Source of the DNA: Balamuthia mandrillaris
Taxonomy: Eukaryota
Assembly (NCBI GenBank): GCA_031835245.2
Contig: JAVKOQ020000005.1
Coordinates: 124,001 to 188,000, forward strand
Direction: 5' to 3'
DNA: 64,000 nucleotides
The translations under genes and the position numbers were made by a program. This document shows positions 12,387 to 23,849 of the stretch, piece by piece. Each line of letters starts with the position of its first letter. Position 1 is the stretch's first letter. Below the pieces are notes generated by a model. It made no database searches and was not told the DNA's origin. It saw nothing but the letters and a program-made list of their open reading frames with translations.

Positions 12387-13634
12387 TCACCAGCTGTCGC
12401 TCCTTCCTCGCGAGGGTCCTCTTTGCTGAGCCGCTGCGGCGCCATAGCGCAACACCCAGGGATGGACCCACACCTCCTCCATGGTGGCCCTCTTCTCCTT
12501 GCAAGGCTCCAACAGGCTCAGCAGGAGGTGCTGCACCTCCACCGAGAGTCCCTCGAGGTCGAGTTTCCGCCGTTGGATGTTGGCGAGGATCTCATCCACG
12601 CAATAGCCTCCGAAGGGAGTCATCCCCTTCAACATGGTGTATAGCACCGCTCCGCAGCTCCACATGTCCACCTCGGGACCAACGTAGGTGGCATGCTCTG
12701 CCAGCACCTCCGGCGCTGCGTACTCCAAGGAGCCAACGCGCTGCGTGTGCAGGAAGTGAGGGCTCCAGGCGGCAGCCGATCCAAAGTCAGTCAACATCAG
12801 GCGATGCCTGTTGCGGAGGAGGAGGTTCTCCGGTTTGATGTCCCTGTGCACATAGCCATGCCTGTGGAGATGCTCCACCACGCTCAGCAGCTGCGTGAAG
12901 AAGAGGCAGGCCTCGGCCTCCTTCAAGGGCCCCGTGCGGACCAGCAGCTCAAAGAGGTCTCCCTTGGGGGCCAGCTCCATGAACAGCGACACCGTCTCCA
13001 AGGTCTCCAGCCCATCGTAGAGCTTGATCAGGTGCTTGTGAGGAGGCACGCTGGACAAGATCCTGTGCTCGTTGCGCATCATCTCCACGCCTTTCACGCA
13101 GGCCACCTGCAGGGCTGGTTCCGTGGTGGCTGCTCCTGCCTTGAAATAGACCTTCACTGCCAGTCGGCTGCGCTTGTCCTGGGCATGCTGCAGGAGATAG
13201 ACCTTGCCCCCAGTGCCTTCGCCTATCATCTCCAGGGCCTGGTAGTGGCGGAAGCGTTGGAGGGCGGAGCGGTCCCCGCCCTTGACGAAGCGCGGCCGGT
13301 GCACCAGGCTCTCCACGAACCTGGCCTGGAGGTCCAGCCTGCGCTCGGCCTTGACGGCACGCAAGGAGGAGGCCCTACGGCTGCGCAGCCGGCTGATAAG
13401 GTGGTTGCGATGGCGAGAAGAAGGTTGGTTGTTGTTGTTGGAGGAGGCATTAGGGGAGGCAGAGGGAGGCTGCTTCAACGCCATGGGCTTGGGAAAGTTT
13501 CGAAGCCCACAGTATGAGGGCTTGACTGTTGTGTACTGTGTTGTTGTTGTGGGAATGGAGGGCCAGCGGGTGTGGCAGGTGCGTTCGTCTCTGTCGTCCA
13601 GCGAGAGAGATGGTCGAAGTGTGGGTTTCGTCAT
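12387..13634 (-). CDS. CAMK-group (SNF1/MARK-like) Ser/Thr kinase, intronless; start may be the downstream ATG (MALKQ)
   Basis: IGEGTGGKV, LAVK, HRDIKPEN, DFG, GSLEYAAPE, Y.GPEVDMWSCG. Confidence 0.9.
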   Translation of the reverse strand: MTKPTLRPSLSLDDRDERTCHTRWPSIPTTTTQYTTVKPSYCGLRNFPKPMALKQPPSASPNASSNNNNQPSSRHRNHLISRLRSRRASSLRAVKAERRLDLQARFVESLVHRPRFVKGGDRSALQRFRHYQALEMIGEGTGGKVYLLQHAQDKRSRLAVKVYFKAGAATTEPALQVACVKGVEMMRNEHRILSSVPPHKHLIKLYDGLETLETVSLFMELAPKGDLFELLVRTGPLKEAEACLFFTQLLSVVEHLHRHGYVHRDIKPENLLLRNRHRLMLTDFGSAAAWSPHFLHTQRVGSLEYAAPEVLAEHATYVGPEVDMWSCGAVLYTMLKGMTPFGGYCVDEILANIQRRKLDLEGLSVEVQHLLLSLLEPCKEKRATMEEVWVHPWVLRYGAAAAQQRGPSRGRSDSW

Positions 13635-15148
13635 GGCCCTATTTATGTGTGTAACGTTGTTCTATAGCGGTTGGGGTGGCCCTTCAAAGCTGTCTTGGGT
13701 TGAGGAGGCGGTCCAAAAAGGACAGCGTGTTAACCAGAAGGCTTGGCTGTATTCTCAGAATGCAAGTTTTCGTGGTGGTGTGGGATGGAATGGAAAAGAA
13801 ATGGAAAACACAAACGAACAAGGTCTGTTTTATACCTCGAAGAGCTCACACCGTTTCCTGCTTTTTGATTGCTCACTTTTTTTTTCTCCGTGCGCATTAA
13901 AAGAGCCGAAAAAGAGGTGTGTAAACGATGTCGATTTTCCATCAAAAAGGAAAGGTAACGCCTTAATATTCATCTAAAACGCAACGAACATCTTGGTTTC
14001 CCTTCCCTGTTCGCTGGTCCTTTTTTTCCTTTTCCTTCTGAAATTACAGGGAAACCCGACAGAGAATCGATGGAAATTAAGTCCTTTTATGGGAACTACT
14101 TCCCCGCGAAGTTTCCACTGCTTTCAAACCTGTCTCCTCCCCGTCAACTTTCTGCCAAATCATCGATGTTTTTGCTTTTTGTCAAAACCCTCTCATAAAA
14201 GGTAGGTAACTCCTTACGCCCAGCAATCCCCCGAGAGATCAGATAGTGTATCCTGGGGTGTACCATTAATTACAGCGCAACTATTTTCCCTTTTATGCAG
14301 CCCCTCATCTGGCGCCATGGACAAACATCGCAGTCGATCATACAACTCGTACTTAGCAAAATGTATGCAATACTCCTTGTCATTCTCTCTCCCTTGCTCT
14401 GCGTTTTTTTCATTTCTCCGTGACAGGTACCATGGGAAAACTCCCAGAAAACAGGTCGGCAGTCTCCAAGCAAGAACTTTGGCAACTCGTATCAGATCCA
14501 CACCCACGGAAACAACAGACAACAACAGCGTGTGGGTCGGGTCACACAGGCCCCTCCTAGGGGCGGGAACCCCCCCCCACTTGTTCTTTTTTTTTCCGTT
14601 TTTTTCCTCGCCTACCCACATTTTTTCTATGCTTTGCGCATTTGGTTTTCAACCATTTTCACCCCTTTTAGCCGATTTCCCACAACAAGTTATTTCCTTT
14701 TTTCCCCTGGAAATCGCTGGTTGTCCTCAACACTTTACCAAGCAAGCCAGTTCTTTCCCTCTATTTAAGTACGTTTATCTGTCTTTTTTTTTTTATTGAG
14801 CGTTTTTTCATTTCTTACCATTTCCATCTTCACACGCACCATCCAAACACCTGACCCGACCCTCACCCTCCCCCCGTTTCTTACAAAAACAGACCATTTC
14901 TCCTGCTTTCTTTCTCTGTTTTATTTTTTTATAAGAAAGCCTGACCTTCTCACCCACCCATCTTTTTTTTTTATATTTTCTTCTCTCGTGGTGAGCAGCA
15001 GAGTTCGAAAACCACAAGACCCTGCTGCAGCAAAAAAAAAAAAAAAAACACACAGTCACTTGTAAACTGGGAACACCCTGCTGTACTTTTAAACAAACAA
15101 CCACCAACGACCACTTTGACTCGCCCATCGAACGAGGAGCAGCAGAGA

Positions 15149-15436
15149 ATGCCTGGCAGTGCTACCACCTCCGCTTGGGACTACTACCCTGGGCAGCAGC
15201 AACCACTCGAGGAGGAGCCCATGGAGGCCAGCCCCTGCCTCCCTGGCTATGACTTTATGAAGAAGATAGGCATGGGCAGCGACTCTGAGGTTTGGCTGGC
15301 CCGAGCGTGGAGGCTGGGACAGGATAACAGCCCTCGAGCCGCCTCTGCACACACAGACGAACAAAAGAAGAGGTTTGCTCTCGACCGCTTCCTTATTTTT
15401 TCAACTTGTCACCAAACTATGGCTTGTTCTCACCTG

Positions 15437-15468
<32 letters not shown>

Positions 15469-16784
15469 GGAAACACGAACACAAAAAGGTTACCCACGGC
15501 GTTGCTCGAGCTCCAGAGGGGGCAGAGGTTGCCATCAAGGTCATCGACAAACGAGGCGCTCCTCAGGAAGGGCTGGAGCGGATCTACCAGGAGGTGGACG
15601 TGCTGCTGATGCTGGACCACCCACACGTCCTCAGGATGTATGAATGCCTGGAGACCTCCACCCACATTTTCATCGTCATGGAGTACGCCAAGGGAGGTGA
15701 CCTCTTCGATGCCATGTACGGCAAGAACCCCTTGCTCCCTATCCTCCAGAAGGACATCCAGGAGGAGACTCTTCGTCGGGTCTTTGTACAGATAGTCTCC
15801 GCTGTGGACTACATCCGCAGCAAGGGCATAGCCCACCGCGACATCAAACCAGAGAACGTCATGCTGGACGAGAAGTACAACGTCAAACTGGGCGACTTTG
15901 GTCTCTGCCTTCGCTTCCATCCCTTCCGCAAGACGCGCAGCGCAGTGGGTTCCCCTGTCTACGCCTCTCCCGAGATCCTTCAACGCATTCCCTACGTGGG
16001 TCCTGAGCTGGATGTTTGGGGTTGCGGCGTGCTACTCTACGAGATGTTCACAGGAACAACCCCCTTCCAAGGAGAGGATCCCAACGACCTGCTCCGCTCT
16101 ACCCTTCGTGGCACCTACTTTATGCCCTCCTTCATTAGCCCTCCCGCCAAGGAACTCATCGCCAGAATGTTGCAATACCCAGAGAACAGGATTGCCATTC
16201 AGGATGTGAAGAAGCACCCCTGGGTGACCGGTGAGAGGCGTTGCCTTGTAAAGAAGGTGGACGGCGTCATTCTGGGCGTGGAGGTCAGGGCCAACGCAAA
16301 CGGCGAGGAGCATGTGGCACAGGAGGAGGTCGTCTGGAAGGATGAGATCTACAAGATGGTTCGCCAACGCAGAAACCATCATGCCAAGAAAGGCAGCATC
16401 AGTGGAACATCTGAGGAGAAGAATTCCGCTTCCTCCAAAGAGAAGAAGGAGAAGAAGACTGGAAGGAAAGGTGGAGCGAAGAGCTTGAAGAAGAAGAAGG
16501 ATTCTTCCTCCTCTTCTTCTGGACAGAAACGACAGCAACAATCGACAACCAGCTCCAAGAAGAGCAAGAAGAACAACCACGTTACCGTTGTTGAGGCCGA
16601 TGATAACAACAGTCTTCCCGATATTATTGCCACGACCGGTGAGGAAAATCAGGCATCGGGAAGCATGGACTCGGTGAAGGAGAAGCGTCACAAGTCGAAT
16701 GGATGCAAGGCCCTCCTGCGGAAGGCGTGTTTGTCCTTCGACTCGCTCATTGACATTGGTGCTAGCAAGACTCGCGCCAAGTAG
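15149..16784 (+). CDS. CAMK-group (SNF1/MARK-like) Ser/Thr kinase (intron about 15373-15469)
   Basis: IGMGSDSEV, VAIK, HRDIKPEN, DFG, GSPVYASPE, PYVGPELDVWGCG; basic low-complexity C-terminal tail. Confidence 0.92.
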
Positions 16785-17440
16785 ACCCACATTGTTGTCC
16801 ATTTCTTCTTCTTCTTTTAATGCCGTTTGTTGATCTCTTTTTTATTTTTTCAGCCAACCGCCCTTTATGTACATATTCTTGTAAAACCGATATTTATTGT
16901 AACAAATATACGAGCAAGTTTCTTAGAACCACTTGGTCTTCTTTCCTCCTCTCATTATCAGAAATATATAGCGTTTAAAAAACAAAAAGCTTTAATTAAA
17001 TTCACGTGATCTCGATTTTGATCAACTGACGTGTCAATGTCGGCAAAAATAATGATGTCATCGGTAACCGGGTAATTCTACCACCTTCCCTGCTGACGTA
17101 ACGCCCTGCCCAAAAAAAGAGCCCTTTCATGAAAAGCGTAGCAAAAAGGTAGCAAGAGCAAGAGCAAACGTCTTTGTCATTTTCGTCGGCCGTAGATTAT
17201 ATCTTTCTTGGCGGTCGCTGGTCGTGGCCTCTAGGCTGGACTCCTCATCTTTGCTTCTTCTTGGGAGGAGGATCAGGCCCACAGGTACTTTGAAATTCAC
17301 GCGAACATGCTGCAGCCGCTTGGTCCGGCTGCAAGGCAAGCTGCAAGCCCTTCTCCAGCGGCGGCAGCAGCAGCAGCAGCAGCAGAGCATCATCGGGCAG
17401 CGCGAGAAGCAACGAGGTCGCTTCGTTTTCTGCTTTCTCG

Positions 17441-20400
17441 TTGTCCGCTTCTTCACCTGCTTTGTCGTTGTCATCTTCTTCGGCAAACAAGCGCTCGTTG
17501 AGGCATTCTCGCATCCCGAGAAAGAACGATGACGTCGATCTCAGTTATTTGTTGGAAAAATTACCCATCGCCTCCTCTTCCTCTACCTCTTCCTCGTCTT
17601 CTTCTTCATCCTCTGCTTCTACTTCTGCAAAGCCCTCTTTGAAACATTCTCGCATCCCCCGAAGAACCGACGATGTCGATCTCAGCTACTTGCTGGAGAA
17701 AGTGCCGGTCGCCTCGTCTTCCTCTGCTTCTCGTCCTTCTCTGACAGATCTCCCACCCGTTATTCCTCGTTCTTACAAAGGACATCAGCAAAATGGGCCT
17801 TCTTCTTCTTCTACGCTTACGCTCTCTCCTGCTATGCCAACGCTAAAACCCTTGGGAAAGGGGCCTGACTCAGGATCTCCTTTGCTCATGACAGGCACCA
17901 CCATCGGCGGTTTTGCTTCTTCTTCCTCTTCGTCTTCTAAAACAAAACAAGCGTTGCCCAATGCCAATATTGAACGGATTAATCTCAACAACACAAAAAC
18001 AGCAACAACAGCAGCTGAAAGCGAAATAAAAGAAAAAGAGGCAGGCGAGTCAGCAACGGAACAAGAGTCTCTGCCTCTCATGTCCTCCTCAGCTACTGCA
18101 GCTTTGCAAAAAGGAGGAGACAAACCAGAGGATACTGGCGGGGTTGACAGATTTGTTTCGCCGCTCAGTCCTCGTCAAAGAGGGTTGGGCAAAGGACGTT
18201 TCGGGCAACGAACCAACCCTTCCAAAGCCTTTGAAGCGCCTTATATCGAAAACGCAAACCACAAGCCACTTTCCCTCAACAATTCTCCTTCTCTTTCTTC
18301 TACCACATCCACCTCAACTCCAGCATCATCTTCTTCTTCAGCTACCACAGTGACGGTAGCGAGTTGGAAAGGACAAGCGTTGGCGCTCCTGAATGAAACC
18401 CAGCGACAAATACTTACCTCATCAGCGCAAGAATGGCTAAAGGCAGACTCTCTCTGCACCAACTTTAACTTTGACCGACGAAAACAAGAGCGAAGAAAGT
18501 TTTATCTGCAGAAGTACGCGATGAAAAGCAATCGGCGCATCAAAGCGAGTAAAGCCATTCGTCTTGAAGAGGACAAACGAGAGAGAGATCGAGAAGCTGC
18601 GGCAAGAGCTGCAGCAGCTGCTATCACAGCAGCAAATGGAAAGGAGGCAGAAGGAATGCACGCATCAGAAGAAACCGGTGAGTCAAACAACAACCATTAC
18701 TTTTATGGAAATATCAAGTTGGAAGGAAAAGATGTGGCAGTGGTGGCTTCTTCCTCTACTCCTTCTTCAGCTTCATCTTCAGCCTCTTCGTCGAATGCAG
18801 GTTCACCCTTTTTGATGTTAAAGGAAGGAACGAGAGGCGGCAAAAAACAGAAACCACTCTTTGATCACAACGTGAAGAAAAAGAAAAAGAAAAAGAAGAA
18901 CTTGGAGGACGATCCAACTGAGGTCTTTGGAGGAATCAAAGGAAGCAATATTGGTGGCCTAACAAAGAGTGCGGATTTGAGTCACATCAAAATAGACTTT
19001 ATCGCTCGAGCCAGAAAGGAAGTCTTGGAAAGGGAAAGAGCAGCAGCAGCAAAAGCGACTGTAGAAGACAAAAAGGAAGAAGAACCAACAACGCGAAAGA
19101 GGCGAAATACCTGTACCAAGAAGGAAGAAAAGACCAAAGAGATGCAGGGTAAGGAAGGAGAGTTTGACGAACCACCTCCGTTGAACGAAAAGAAAAAGAA
19201 GAAAAACAAAATGGGCTTCAAGAAAAAGAAAGATGCGAGCGATTACACTGAAGCAAATGACGAAAAGCACAAAAAGAAAAAGACAAAGAAGAAGGATCCA
19301 GAGAACAATGCGGATAAAATATCTTCTCAAGAAAAGAAGAAGAAGAAGAAGAAGAAGAAGACGACTAAAGAGACAGCCAACGATGAGAGCAAACAACGGG
19401 AAACCAAAAAACGATCCAAAGTTCCTCCTCTTCTCAAATCCAAAACACAACATCAACTCTTACAAAGCAGCAACGACTCCAATGACACAGCCAACAGCAG
19501 CAACAGTGATGACAACGTCCCCAAAACAAAATCATCCACAGTCACTTTATGCAGAACACGTTCTCCTAACAGTGAGCGCCTTCATAAAGAAGAAGAAGCA
19601 GACAAAGAAGAGATAGTAAAAGAAAAAAACGTGGACGAAGAAGGAGACGAATCCGAAGATGAAGACGATACTACGAGAAAGCTGTGGTTCGACATTGAAG
19701 CAGACGAATATGATTTGTTGGGAAGCAAAGAAGAGGAGTACGAGCCCTTTACCTCCGGCTCTAAAATATGGACTAGAGCCAAACTCAAACTGCGAAGAGC
19801 AAGTCTAGGCTCATCATCATACGCCTCCAACTCTGTTGGTTGGATCGGCAGAGCAGCAGCAAAGCACAACCAACACAAGAACTTCAACAAGGATAGAATC
19901 CAAAAAGACGAGAGGCGAACAAGGTCAAACTCTATTTCTTCATCTCCCACCGAAAAGCAGCACAACAATAATATCAGGAAGAACATGGACGAATTGTTGC
20001 CAATGAGCTTGTGGGCGCTCATTGTACAATGGCTGAAGCCGATGGATTTCTTGGTGCTATCGTTGGTGAGCAAGAGGTTCTTCGTGTTAGCGGACGAGGC
20101 GCTGTTGTGGAAGAAGATTCATGAGCGGCAATGGGGAGCTTTCTCGATTGTGCATTACACCAAATATGGTATATTTCTTTGTTCATTGTTTTCATTATGT
20201 TTCCTTTTCCTTTTCTTTTATACTCACCAAAACCTTTCTGACGAACAGGAAAACTATTTTGGGAAGAAGATTTGGATATAAATCAGTGGAAACGAGCAGC
20301 ATTGGTGCGAGAAGGAAGTTTACGACCAACAGACCCTTCTCCTCAATATGATTACAACGAGATATTTTGCGATATAATAGAACATCTCAACGTCATATTT

Positions 20401-20446
20401 TCTCCGGATGGTTTCTTTTTCATTCCTTTGTTTTTTTGTTTTCATG

Positions 20447-20493
<47 letters not shown>

Positions 20494-21369
20494 CTCTATT
20501 AGGACAAGTTAAAAAGGCGAGCTTGAATGGGGCTTTAATTCTTAAATGTGTGCTCTCCGGCTTACCGACTGTTCATTTGAAATTCAAAGCGAAACCCGTG
20601 CAAACAGATGTCAATACCTCGTACGATACTTCATTCTTGCCATTTCATGTATTCGATGCCTTCTTTAATTTATTCTTTCATTCCTTTTCTTTTATTTGTT
20701 GTCATTTCTTTTTGTATTTCCGCATTTCTTGCAGATCTGTTTCGGACTATGAAATGGTTTTAGACGATTTGACGATGCATCCTTGTGTCACATCGGCGGA
20801 TCTAGCAGACCAAATCGTGTCCTTCGTGCCACCTGACTGCAAACAATTCGAGCTGCTTAAATACAGAATCTTGGATAGCACTCACTTGAACATTCCATTC
20901 CAGGTTGCTTTCTTTTTTTTTTCTTTCACTTCTCTTGCTTCCTTCTGTTTTCTCTTGACACTTTCTATTCTCTTTTCTATTCTCTTTTTTCATTATTTCT
21001 TTCTTTCTGGGCTGAAACAAAAACAAAAAGATGGCAGTAAACTCCAAACAAGGACACAAGAACAATTTGCCCGTTTTAGAACTCTCCATTGAACTCCAAA
21101 GTCTGTTTGGCAATGAACGGCCCTCATCATCCTTCAACGTTGCCGATAGCAACACGGAAGCCAAGTTTGTGATCGTGCGCACCACTATTCCTTTGACCTC
21201 CATTGCAGCCAGCGGGCTGCCCATCGATGCCACTGGTGGTAAAGTCAAAGTAGACATCACCAATGGCGAGTTACTATGGATGTAAGTCTCCGTTTTTTTT
21301 TTTTTTTTTTTGTGTTCTTCTTTATCATTCCTCATTTATCTCCATTTCCTTCCTTTCTTTTTTCCTTCC

Positions 21370-21411
<42 letters not shown>

Positions 21412-21740
21412 AACTCAGACGTGTTTATGATGCTGTTTGACGCGAGAATCCTAACCTCTCGTTTTACTTCGACCAACAACAAATCAGCTTCAAGACATTC
21501 CCCAGCTTGACGACACACCGGCTGACGGCCTACCTCTTCCAAGGGATCGAGAGCTTCAAACGAGGGGCGGTCTATCTGGAGTGGCAAGAGCTGAGGCTGG
21601 GCACCAAGGCTTCTCCCTTTGGCGTTCGCTCCATCTCCGTTGCCGACCGCGAAACGGGCAACGCCAACGTGCCCGTGCAGAGCTGGGTGTGCCGCATGGT
21701 GGAGGCGGAGAGCGTTCGCGTTCCTGCTCGTTTGTTGTAA
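17441..21740 (+). CDS. Low-complexity N-terminus, F-box and adaptin mu-homology domain (MHD); true start uncertain
   Basis: F-box LLPMSLWALIVQWLKPMDFLVLSLVSKRFFVLADEALLWK. MHD motifs YNEIFCDIIEHLNV, LKCVLSGLP, LDDLTMHPCV, SFVPPD..FELLKYR, GVRSI..WV. Confidence 0.8.
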
Positions 21741-21785
21741 AAAATTATAATAAAATATAAAATAAAAAACCAATTGGAAATAGCG

Positions 21786-21796
21786 GGAGTCGAACC
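21786..21796 (-). promoter_or_regulatory. Orphan Pol III B-box (GGTTCGACTCC)
   Basis: The plus strand reads ggagtcgaacc, a perfect B-box reverse complement within an AGCGG/CCGCT stem. No A-box or anticodon arm nearby. Confidence 0.55.
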
Positions 21797-21892
21797 GCTG
21801 TCTGAAAAATTTCTTGTAAAATTTTTGTTAAATGAATTATCAAAGGACAAAAACGACACCAGAAACATCCCAGATTTTTTCAAACACAAAAA

Positions 21893-23701
21893 ATGACGCA
21901 AGTGCCTAACCTCGAGACACTTACGGAGAATGCCTTCCTCTCCAATCTTGCCAAGACGGCATCCAGCGTGGACGCTCGCTTTTGCTGCACGGGCTCAGTC
22001 CCCCTCAAAAACGACCAGCTCAACCTTTACTTTCGGGCAGCGCAAAACAACGTTTCCTCTTCTGCCTCGTCGTCGTCGTCGTCTTCTTCTTCTTTTAATG
22101 GCATCACCTTCCCCATGGAACAACCAGAGCAGCTCTCCGCTTTGTTGGCCGCCTGTTCCAAGGCGACCTTTGGACGAGGCACTGAGGAAGTGCTGGACAC
22201 CACCTACAGGGATGCATACAAGCTGGACTGCCCTCATTTTGCGGTGGCAGACTTTCATCCCTGCGAGGCTCTCATCGCGGAGGACGTCCATCGGGCCATG
22301 ATGCCCGAGGCAAGGGCCGTCAGGTTGGAGACTTACAAGCTGAACGTGTATGGCCCTGGCGGGCGCTTCAAGAGCCATGTGGACACGCCTCGCTCGCCCG
22401 ACATGTTTGGCTCTTTGGTGGTGTGTTTGCCGACCGCTTTCTCGGGCGGCCAGCTCCTCATCCACCATCCACTTTCTTCTTCCTCCTCATCCTCTTCTTC
22501 ATCCATTGCTTCTTCCTCTGAAGGCAGCAGAAAACAAGACCATGTGACGGTGGATTGGAGTTCCGGCCCAGAAGTACCGAAACAGATAAGATGGGCTGCC
22601 TTTTATTCCGACTGTGAGCACGAAATACTTCCCGTAACGGATGGCTATCGGGTAACTATTACCTACAACCTCTACGCCATCGAGAAAGACGAAGAAGATG
22701 AAGCAGCCGAAGAAGAAGCAAAAGATAAGAACAAACCCTCCCGCCGTGTTCGCCATCCACGTGGAAGACTTGCATCTATGGCTGACCTCAAGGATCAAGG
22801 CAACTTCTCCTTCTTGACGGAGATGGTGCCACTGCCTCTGCAGAGCGTTTTCTTGGAGGCACTGAGCTGTCCCGCCTTCATGGCGGATGGGGGCACGCTG
22901 GGCTTTGCCTGTCAGCACTTGTACCCTCACACGTGGCCTATGTACAACAAGAGAATGGCTGCCTACTTGAAAGGAGCTGATGCCGCGCTCTTCGCAACGG
23001 CCTCTTCGTTGGGACTATCGGTCAAAGTGGTGCCTGTTTATGATAGTGATGAAGCAAGGCACCAAAAGGAAGAGGAAGAACAGGAAGAAGAGGAATTAGA
23101 AACCGAGAAGAAAAAGAAGACCAATGAGGAAGCAGAGCAAGATAAAGGAAAAATAAGGAAGAAGAACGAAGAGGAAGAGGACTTCACACCGAAGAAAGGG
23201 GTTTACTCCCTTTTGCCTCACTTTTACGAGCCATATATCGACAGCCATGAGGAAAGGCAGGTACTGATACAGCCCATTAGAGGCAGCGAGATCACTTGGG
23301 TCAACACGGTGCGTAGGAACGCTTGGAAGGAGTTTGCTGCACAGAGGGTAGTCTACGGCAACGAGCCTGGTACCCTGGAGAACGACTATCAAGCGGTTGC
23401 CATGCTTGTAACTATTCCTGCATGGGGTACGGCGAAGAGAAACAGATGCATCAACATGAAAGAGGGCGAGGTTGCAGGAAAAGGAGAAAAGCGTAAACGT
23501 GAAAAAGCTGTAGAAGAAGAGGAGGAGGAAGAGGAGGAAGATGAGGAAGAATCAGAAGACGAGAATCAGAAGAAGAAGAAGAAGAAGAATAAGAAGAAGA
23601 AAAAGAAAAAGAACAACAAGAACAACAAGAAAACGACCAAGAAAAACAAGAACATGGATGAAGAAGGAAAGAAGAAGAAAAAGAAAAAGAAGAACGAATG
23701 A
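21893..23701 (+). CDS. 2OG-Fe(II) oxygenase (prolyl-4-hydroxylase-like), intronless, Lys/Glu-rich tail
   Basis: YKLNVYGPGGRFKSHVDT (HxD), FGSLVVCLP, AAFYSDCEHEILPVTDGYRVTITYNL (distal His and Arg). Confidence 0.9.
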   Translation: MTQVPNLETLTENAFLSNLAKTASSVDARFCCTGSVPLKNDQLNLYFRAAQNNVSSSASSSSSSSSSFNGITFPMEQPEQLSALLAACSKATFGRGTEEVLDTTYRDAYKLDCPHFAVADFHPCEALIAEDVHRAMMPEARAVRLETYKLNVYGPGGRFKSHVDTPRSPDMFGSLVVCLPTAFSGGQLLIHHPLSSSSSSSSSSIASSSEGSRKQDHVTVDWSSGPEVPKQIRWAAFYSDCEHEILPVTDGYRVTITYNLYAIEKDEEDEAAEEEAKDKNKPSRRVRHPRGRLASMADLKDQGNFSFLTEMVPLPLQSVFLEALSCPAFMADGGTLGFACQHLYPHTWPMYNKRMAAYLKGADAALFATASSLGLSVKVVPVYDSDEARHQKEEEEQEEEELETEKKKKTNEEAEQDKGKIRKKNEEEEDFTPKKGVYSLLPHFYEPYIDSHEERQVLIQPIRGSEITWVNTVRRNAWKEFAAQRVVYGNEPGTLENDYQAVAMLVTIPAWGTAKRNRCINMKEGEVAGKGEKRKREKAVEEEEEEEEEDEEESEDENQKKKKKKNKKKKKKKNNKNNKKTTKKNKNMDEEGKKKKKKKKNE

Positions 23702-23849
23702 ACATACCTGGAGATTCTGACGTCAGCACATACATAACATTAATATTTTGCATTTCCATCATTTCAATAATTCCAATAATTCCAATCATTTCAATCATTC
23801 CTATCATTCTTGGAAAAAAGAAAAAAGGAAGAAAGAAACAAAAAAGAGA

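Noticed and set aside
12693..13977. Plus-strand ORFs overlapping the kinase
   Set aside because: Antisense shadows from GC-rich codon usage.
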